24,000 bases of DNA from Candidatus Heimdallarchaeota archaeon (lineage in GTDB: Archaea; Asgardarchaeota; Heimdallarchaeia; Heimdallarchaeales; Heimdallarchaeaceae): positions 1-24,000 of the forward strand of contig DAOVER010000010.1 in assembly GCA_030668875.1 (NCBI GenBank), in the 5' to 3' direction. Within the stretch, counting starts at the first letter, position 1, and every line of letters begins with the position of its first letter. Below the pieces are notes generated by a model. That model made no database searches and had not been told where the DNA came from. It saw only the letters and a list, made by a program, of their open reading frames with translations. Shown here in pieces: positions 18,247-24,000 of the stretch. Both the position numbers and the translations under genes were made by a program.

Positions 18247-18264
18247 ACAATTGGTGAGAAAACA

Positions 18265-18939
18265 ATGAGATTAAGTGTAAAAAACCGTCCTTTGAAAATC
18301 ACCCACAGTTATGAATATACTTTCGATAATAATATTGTTAAAATCTCATTATCAAAGAAGTCCCTCTTATTTCCAGTTTTTAATGAAAAGGAAAATAGGC
18401 AGATAGGATTTCTTCTTGAAGGACCTATAGGGATTATTGCAGATTTAATAGTTCATTCCCAAAAAGGTGCAGTAGGAGAATTATTTGATAGAACATTCTC
18501 TACGGTCATCCTTTTTCCGGTTGAACTCCCTTTTCTTTCATTAGATCATGTTAAAGAAACATCTCCTGTGGAAAATTTTGAACCTTATCAGGAACTATTG
18601 AATAAATATAATAGAGGTTTTTCATTAAACAAAATTGGAATAACAGATATAAGCAAACATACTTTGATAGTAACACAAAAACCCAAATTATTTTGGTTAA
18701 TTAGTTCTGATGGAGCATTCTTAATAGGGAAGAAAGAGATCATAGGAAGAAAAGGTCCAAAGAAATTTCTATGGATTTCTAAGAAAGGATTGATATCAGT
18801 AAACAAAGATGGAAAATACAGATCTGTAACGGATATACTCCAAATTAAAGAAATCAAGCAATCTTTCCAGAACATCTTTGGAAAACCACTGTCAAATCTA
18901 TTTTCAAGTATTCAAGACTCATTTTCAAAATTTGCATAA
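18265..18939 (+). CDS. Hypothetical 224-aa protein, last gene of the cassette
   Basis: Intact ORF 18 nt after the previous stop with upstream GGTGA (attGGTGAgaaaacaATG). No recognised motif. Confidence 0.7.
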   Translation: MRLSVKNRPLKITHSYEYTFDNNIVKISLSKKSLLFPVFNEKENRQIGFLLEGPIGIIADLIVHSQKGAVGELFDRTFSTVILFPVELPFLSLDHVKETSPVENFEPYQELLNKYNRGFSLNKIGITDISKHTLIVTQKPKLFWLISSDGAFLIGKKEIIGRKGPKKFLWISKKGLISVNKDGKYRSVTDILQIKEIKQSFQNIFGKPLSNLFSSIQDSFSKFA

Positions 18940-18963
18940 TTTAGTGCAATTTTCTCTTTTTTT

Positions 18964-19944
18964 TTATTTAGATTTATATTCAATTTGTTTTACAGCTTTT
19001 GCAATTTGCCTTGAAATTACTGGTGGAACAGCCTCTCCAACTTGATTAAAGACTGAATCAACATTACCAGTAAAAACAAATGTATCAGGAAAGCTCATCA
19101 AACGAGCATGTTCTCTAGCAGTTAGGGGACGATTCTTATAAGGATGGATGAACCGAGATTTACCCATAATAGTTTCAGCTGCTTTTTCTGGATCAAGTTT
19201 TATCCAAGTTTTCTTTTCTTCAACAGCTCCAGAAAAATAAACTGCCGCCCCACCCTTTTTTATTCGATGTACTCTATCACTTACTCTCTTTGGAAAGAAG
19301 AGTGTAAAATGATTTGAAAAATTATTAGGATAAGAGGGATCGGGGAGATTACTAATAGCTTCAGATGTAGTGATAGTTCTCTGCTTTGGAAGTTTCAAAC
19401 GAACATTACTTATGAAAACTCTAGTTCTTTCACTTGGACACCCATGGTTTTCAGCAGTAATAACATTGAAGTATATTTTCTCAAAACCAACCTTCTCAAA
19501 TTCATTCGAAATCAACTCTTTTCCAATACCATTCATCATAGGAACAACGTTCTCAATAACGAAAAAATTTGGTGTTAAATCACCAATAATTCGTATTGCA
19601 TGAAAAATCAAATCTCCATTGGGATCGGTGTAAAATCTATCAAATGGATCTTTATGTCTAGTTGTGTTAGCGGAAGTGAAAGGTTCACATGGTGGAGAAG
19701 CAAGGATAACATCTGGTGTTTCACATATTTCTGACTCAATCTGTAAAGAGTGAATGGTACGAATATCAGCATTCATTAATGGTGTATCGGGAAAATTAAG
19801 TTTGTATGTCTTAGCTACACCCTCATCTACCTCAACAGCAAGTAAATCTCTAAATCCTTTATGCACAAAACCTAAACTAAATCCTCCTGCTCCTGAGAAT
19901 AGATCAATGAATGAGAGTTCCTTCTTTTTTGAACTAAGGGGCAT
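18964..19944 (-). CDS. DNA (cytosine-5-)-methyltransferase, solitary
   Basis: Motif I SFIDLFSGAGGFSLGF, motif IV ASPPCEPFT, motif VI FFVIENV, motif VIII GCPSERTRVF, motif X NQVGEAVPP. Start corrected to MPLSSKKKELSF at 19944; the track's extra 20 residues extend into the tRNA gene. Confidence 0.92.
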   Translation of the reverse strand: MPLSSKKKELSFIDLFSGAGGFSLGFVHKGFRDLLAVEVDEGVAKTYKLNFPDTPLMNADIRTIHSLQIESEICETPDVILASPPCEPFTSANTTRHKDPFDRFYTDPNGDLIFHAIRIIGDLTPNFFVIENVVPMMNGIGKELISNEFEKVGFEKIYFNVITAENHGCPSERTRVFISNVRLKLPKQRTITTSEAISNLPDPSYPNNFSNHFTLFFPKRVSDRVHRIKKGGAAVYFSGAVEEKKTWIKLDPEKAAETIMGKSRFIHPYKNRPLTAREHARLMSFPDTFVFTGNVDSVFNQVGEAVPPVISRQIAKAVKQIEYKSK

Positions 19945-19967
19945 TTTTGCTGCACAACTTCTAAAAT

Positions 19968-20046
19968 TGGTGGGGCAGGCAGGATTTGAACCTGCGACAT
20001 CCACTGTGTGAGAGTGGCATCATGGGCCAAGCTAGATCACTGCTCC
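19968..20046 (-). tRNA. tRNA-Val(CAC) with encoded CCA
   Basis: Minus strand: GGAGCAG ... CCACT-CTCACAC-AGTGG anticodon arm, GCAGG-TTCAAAT-CCTGC T arm, CTGCCCC, A, CCA. One A·C mismatch in the acceptor stem and a weak D stem. Confidence 0.85.
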
Positions 20047-20110
20047 TAAGCAGTAGGTGATTAACTGATAAGTATTTATTTTTTCTGTTTCCTATTGTTA
20101 TTGAAAAATT

Positions 20111-20375
20111 AGATAGATATGCCCCTGAGGTTAACCCTTGGTATCATTTTAAGGGGATATCCCATATCCACCAGTTGAGCGCCTCAGGAGCAACTGTATC
20201 CCGCTAGGGTTGACTCACCTTCATTGTATTGAGTGTTACACTCAACTAGGGAAAGAGCCCGTTGATAGCGGAAATGTAGCCTTTTCCTTGCACCTTCTTT
20301 CCTAGTCGGCATCGCCATCTCTAGAAAGTCCTCGATAAAGGCAATATATCATAACTCTTCGGCTATCTTGAAGTT
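20111..20375. ncRNA. Candidate structured non-coding RNA, family and strand unassigned
   Basis: No ORF. 20161..20220 is 34/60 GC, well above flanking non-coding DNA. Helices: 20115-20123 with 20361-20368 (terminal), 20124-20130 with 20182-20188, 20172-20177 with 20191-20196, 20229-20235 with 20239-20245, 20245-20255 with 20297-20306. Confidence 0.6.
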
Positions 20376-20407
20376 TTTTATCTGATACAAAAGAAAGAAA
20401 GAAGAAA

Positions 20408-21475
20408 TCAGAAAGTCTTTACCGCTTCAAGTAAGTCCATGTGTTTTTCAAAGTAGTTTCTCGAAGGTTTAAGAATTTCCCCTAAAGACTTAGATACCGC
20501 TGATTTAAGGTCCATAGGATGTAACTCACCTTTGAAATACACCTCTTCAAACTGTTTGTAACTAGTGAATGTGATGTCACCACCAAATTTTTCCGTTCTC
20601 TCAATCTTGAAAGTAGAGTACATTTGGAAGATAATATATTGCACCATTTCTGTGATTGGATTACCTGTAACTTGTTTAGGAGGACATTGAGCTTTTTTGA
20701 TTTTTCTAAATATGTCTTCCTCACTATCATGAATAAATATACATGTATCTGGCTTAGATTTACTCATTTTTGCATCAATCTGTGCAGATAAATCAGGAAC
20801 AGCTTCAGCATCCATTTTCTTCCCTAATCCTTCCAAACCTGTCAACAAAGGTGTGTGAAGACATGAAGGTTTAGTAAAACCTAACTTTTCAGCTGTATCT
20901 CTTGCTAGCATATGTGCTTTTCTCTGATCCATTCCACCAACAGCTAAATCGATCTCCATATCATAAATATCAGCTACTTGCATTGCGGGATAATAAAGAA
21001 AAGCTGATTCCATCTCCCCTTCAGTTTTTCTACCCATAATTGGCATGGTCCTCATTATTCTAGCAATGGAATTTGCTTTAGCAACCCGCACTACTTTAGC
21101 CCAATAATCACTTCGTTCTACTAACTCTGAAGACCAGATATACTTGATGTTGTGCCCTTTGACACCAACCGATTCAAAAGCCTTTTGAAAATATTCACCA
21201 GCTATCTTGATTTTATCCATATCAGCTCCAAGTTTATTATTAATCCAACTATGCCAATCTGCAAGGAAGACAACGGTTTCGAATCCAGCTTTTGCTAAAT
21301 CTTGTAATTTGTTACCAATTACTAAACCTGTTCCCAAGTGAAGTAATCCTGAAAGTTCAAAACCTACGTAAGCACGTGGCTTTTCTTTTTCAGTGAAAAT
21401 TTTTTGTATTTCTTCTTTTAGGATAACTTCTTCTGCATTTCTTGTTACTAATTTCATCTTATCTTCAATAGACAT
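20408..21475 (-). CDS. tyrS: Archaeal tyrosyl-tRNA synthetase
   Basis: 355 aa: YVGFELSGLLHLGTGLVIGNKLQDL, LADWHSWINNKLG, MQVADIYDMEIDLAVGGMDQRKAHMLARD, KMSKSKPDTCIFIHD. Confidence 0.9.
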   Translation of the reverse strand: MSIEDKMKLVTRNAEEVILKEEIQKIFTEKEKPRAYVGFELSGLLHLGTGLVIGNKLQDLAKAGFETVVFLADWHSWINNKLGADMDKIKIAGEYFQKAFESVGVKGHNIKYIWSSELVERSDYWAKVVRVAKANSIARIMRTMPIMGRKTEGEMESAFLYYPAMQVADIYDMEIDLAVGGMDQRKAHMLARDTAEKLGFTKPSCLHTPLLTGLEGLGKKMDAEAVPDLSAQIDAKMSKSKPDTCIFIHDSEEDIFRKIKKAQCPPKQVTGNPITEMVQYIIFQMYSTFKIERTEKFGGDITFTSYKQFEEVYFKGELHPMDLKSAVSKSLGEILKPSRNYFEKHMDLLEAVKTF

Positions 21476-21651
21476 TGCGTATCACCTGAGTTTTACGAAA
21501 ATTCTTTGATGATTTCTGCCCCACAGTAATAATAGTAAAAACGAACTAATGAAAGTCATAGATATTCCAAGGGCATCATCTCTACCTACGAATCTCGATT
21601 TTACTATTAAGGTTTTTGGCCATCAATAAGAAAAGAAAAAAAAGAGAAGAA

Positions 21652-23121
21652 TTAGATTTGTTTAAATTCTATTACACGGAGATTGGTTGGTTGTTTAGTG
21701 ATTTCAGCTTTTCGAGCACCAATTACCATTTTGATTCCTTTAGCATGTGATTTTTCAAGCAACCTCTGGGTAATTACACCATCTATGAGTAATACATGCG
21801 CTTGTTCAACACCATCTAAGTTCGAATAAATTTCACTTGCAGGACTCCGTAGAATTTCTTTTTCAGTCTCATCAAAAACAATTGCTTCATGTTTTGATTT
21901 GATATTTTTGACAGAAACGGACAAATATTCAGGCAGTTGAACTTTTCTTATTTCTCTTTGAGGAGGCCTACCACGTGGTCTGCCAGGAGGACGACTTGAA
22001 GGCCTGCTAGAAGATGGTGGTTTTTTAGTAACTGCACTATCACGAGGTTGTCTTCCCTTAACAGGTTGTTTCACAGAAGTTGTCGGTTTAACCGCTGTTT
22101 CCTTTTTCACTGAGGAAGTTTTTGAAGCAGCTGGTTTTACATCTTTTCCAGCTCTTGAGGAAGGTCTAGTTTTGGGTTTCTTTTCAGTTTCTTTTTTAGA
22201 TCTGAGAATTCTTCTTTTCTTTTTATCACCAGATTTATCTTTATCAAGAAATTCTTTTACTGTTTTCCCTTCATCCTCTCCTGTCAAGAAAATAGTTTTT
22301 TCAACTGATACAGCATCATTAAGGGCTTTGTTTACTTGATCTTTGTTTAAGTCTTCGACTTCTTTTCCTTTTGGAGCACGCGCCACATACTGTACATGTG
22401 CAACTTGAAGAAGCTCTTTAAGAATCAAATCACCACCCCTATCCCCGTCAAGGAAAGCTGTAACAGTTTTTTTCTTGATCAAATCAATCAATTTGGGGGG
22501 GACACTGGTTCCATTCACCGCAATAGTGTTATCAACACCATATTTTAGAAGATTAACGACATCCGCTCTTCCTTCTACCAGAATTGTTTTCTTTTGTCTT
22601 TCAAATCCAGGTCCTGCAGAAATTCCTTCATCAGTCAATTTAACTATTGAACCTGGTTTTGAGGATTTTTCAACTTCCAATGTTATAGAAGAACTAAATG
22701 GGCTTACATTTTGATCCCATTGTCTAATAATTTCAGAAGCACGATCAACAATTGATTGTCTTTTGTTAACTCGCACATCAACTATCTCTTTCAGCTGTAT
22801 TTGACAACTACATGGACCAACTCTATCTACTGTTTCAAGAGTAGCTGCGAGTATTGCGGTCTCTGTTCTTGATAAACTAGAAGGAATAACTATTTTACCT
22901 GTAGTTTTTCCCCTACTACTAGAATAATCAACACTAATTCTCCCGATTCTACCGGTTTTTTGAAGTTCTCGGATGTCAAGGTTTTCACTCAGTAATCCGT
23001 CGGTTTGCCCATAAATAGCGCCAACGATATCTGGCTTTTCTACCACTCCATCGACTTCGAATTTAGCTGTAATTTCATATTTTGTTGTTGAAGTATCAGT
23101 TTTTACGCCCATATCCTTCAC
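21652..23121 (-). CDS. dnaG: Archaeal DnaG-type primase/TOPRIM protein with a long basic, low-complexity linker
   Basis: GPCSCQIQLKEIVDVRVNKRQSIVDRASEII, TOPRIM ILVEGRADVVNLLKYGVDN ... VTAFLDGDRGGDLILKELLQVAHVQYVARAPKGKEVEDL, C-terminal HAKGIKMVIGARK. Confidence 0.92.
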   Translation of the reverse strand: MKDMGVKTDTSTTKYEITAKFEVDGVVEKPDIVGAIYGQTDGLLSENLDIRELQKTGRIGRISVDYSSSRGKTTGKIVIPSSLSRTETAILAATLETVDRVGPCSCQIQLKEIVDVRVNKRQSIVDRASEIIRQWDQNVSPFSSSITLEVEKSSKPGSIVKLTDEGISAGPGFERQKKTILVEGRADVVNLLKYGVDNTIAVNGTSVPPKLIDLIKKKTVTAFLDGDRGGDLILKELLQVAHVQYVARAPKGKEVEDLNKDQVNKALNDAVSVEKTIFLTGEDEGKTVKEFLDKDKSGDKKKRRILRSKKETEKKPKTRPSSRAGKDVKPAASKTSSVKKETAVKPTTSVKQPVKGRQPRDSAVTKKPPSSSRPSSRPPGRPRGRPPQREIRKVQLPEYLSVSVKNIKSKHEAIVFDETEKEILRSPASEIYSNLDGVEQAHVLLIDGVITQRLLEKSHAKGIKMVIGARKAEITKQPTNLRVIEFKQI

Positions 23122-23603
23122 CTACTTTTTGTTTATTTATAAGTTGCAAAGTCAACAAAAAACCGATAGGTATATCCACTATTCCCTTCACCCTTAATTA
23201 CTTTCTATAAACTTAATTCAATCTGAATTTTTCAAACATGAAATACACTTTTTTAGTGTGTTCTGTAAGAGTATGATTTATGATTATTATTATGTAAAGA
23301 TCATCAATGATCGTGACAGGTGATTGTAAGTGTGATACCCATCAGACTTCTTTCAACTTTTATGCAAACTTTAATTTTTATTTGCTATCAAGGTACGTTC
23401 TTGTACCTTTTAGTCTGATTTGTGAACTAATCTATTTAGTTCAAGAAAATGAAGGGTAAAGTGTGTTAAAAACGTTCCCATATATCACAATTGGTCACAT
23501 TTTCAGGGAACATTTCTGCTTTCCTACATTATGTCATAAACAATTGGATAATCTTTTGCTTAACTTTAAATAATAAATAATTTAGCTTTATTTAGAGATT
23601 AAC

Positions 23604-24000
23604 ATGAATACAGCATTATATGTAGGCATAGGGGTGGCAGTTTTTCTAGCGGGAATTTTCTTAATCATCTATTTCTCTTTGAAGAGAAGAAAAAAAGCAA
23701 AGAGTCCTATATTAGAAAGAGCAAACGATACAATTGTTATCGTAACACAACGCATTCATACAATGAATCAAAGAATAAAAAAACTGGATGAAAGTGTTAC
23801 CAAATTAGTGATAGCTAAAGAAAAGAATGATTCATCACTAATTGATGAAACCATCGATATGGAAAATATTCAAACCAAGATTGATCAAAATAAAAAAGAG
23901 ATAGAGGAGCTTATTGCTGATATAAAAGATCTTAGAGATTTTAAGACAGAAATTGAGGATGTCATTAAAATAAAAGAGGAAAATAGCTTGGAAGAACTAG
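23604..24000 (+). CDS. Partial membrane-anchored coiled-coil protein, open at window end
   Basis: MNTALYVGIGVAVFLAGIFLIIYFSLKRRKKAKS (one TM helix, basic anchor) followed by a Lys/Glu-rich coiled coil. No stop before 24000, so it is absent from the track. Confidence 0.7.
   Translation, partial: MNTALYVGIGVAVFLAGIFLIIYFSLKRRKKAKSPILERANDTIVIVTQRIHTMNQRIKKLDESVTKLVIAKEKNDSSLIDETIDMENIQTKIDQNKKEIEELIADIKDLRDFKTEIEDVIKIKEENSLEEL

Noticed and set aside
19945-20004. N-terminal extension MDVAGSNPACPTNFRSCAAK of the methyltransferase ORF
   Set aside because: AGSNPACPT is translation through the tRNA-Val T arm; the real start is most likely Met at 19944.
20111-20375. Assigning this RNA candidate as RNase P or SRP RNA
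   Set aside because: I could not find the SRP domain IV GGAAG...AGCAG core. A GAAAGTCC-like string (about 20325) is on the wrong side of the molecule for RNase P conserved region I, so the family is left open.
1-24000. CRISPR array or classical defence island
   Set aside because: No regularly spaced identical repeats and no recognisable cas, Argonaute, retron RT or restriction endonuclease genes were seen; only the solitary methyltransferase.

Overview
This 24 kb AT-rich window is archaeal. Lineage markers are CTP-dependent riboflavin kinase and RibL-type FAD synthetase, the ArcS/RaSEA archaeosine pair, aEF-1beta with its Zn-ribbon neighbour, archaeal TyrRS, archaeal DnaG, a geranylgeranyl-reductase-family oxidoreductase, and group II chaperonin remnants. 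It opens exactly at the terminal inverted repeat of an IS481-like element (1..1004). I also find two tRNA genes with encoded CCA: tRNA-Lys(TTT) with a 34-nt intron, and tRNA-Val(CAC). The tRNA-Val gene lies 24 nt upstream of a solitary cytosine-5 DNA methyltransferase. The items most worth a second look are: (1) a compact four-gene cassette at 16470..18939 (40-aa sORF, acidic coiled-coil, coiled-coil/winged-helix protein, unknown protein) with a GGTGA ribosome-binding motif before every gene; (2) an unassigned GC-elevated, structured, non-coding region at about 20111..20375; (3) a chimeric pseudogene at 12801..13099 joining a broken chaperonin N-terminus in frame to a ~95% identical copy of the 3' end of the neighbouring gene; (4) a DnaG with a long basic linker carrying an AT-hook-like GRPRGRP motif; (5) a RibL-like enzyme with a predicted N-terminal winged-helix. 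No CRISPR array or recognisable multi-gene defence island was seen. All family calls are from motif recognition only; no searches were run.
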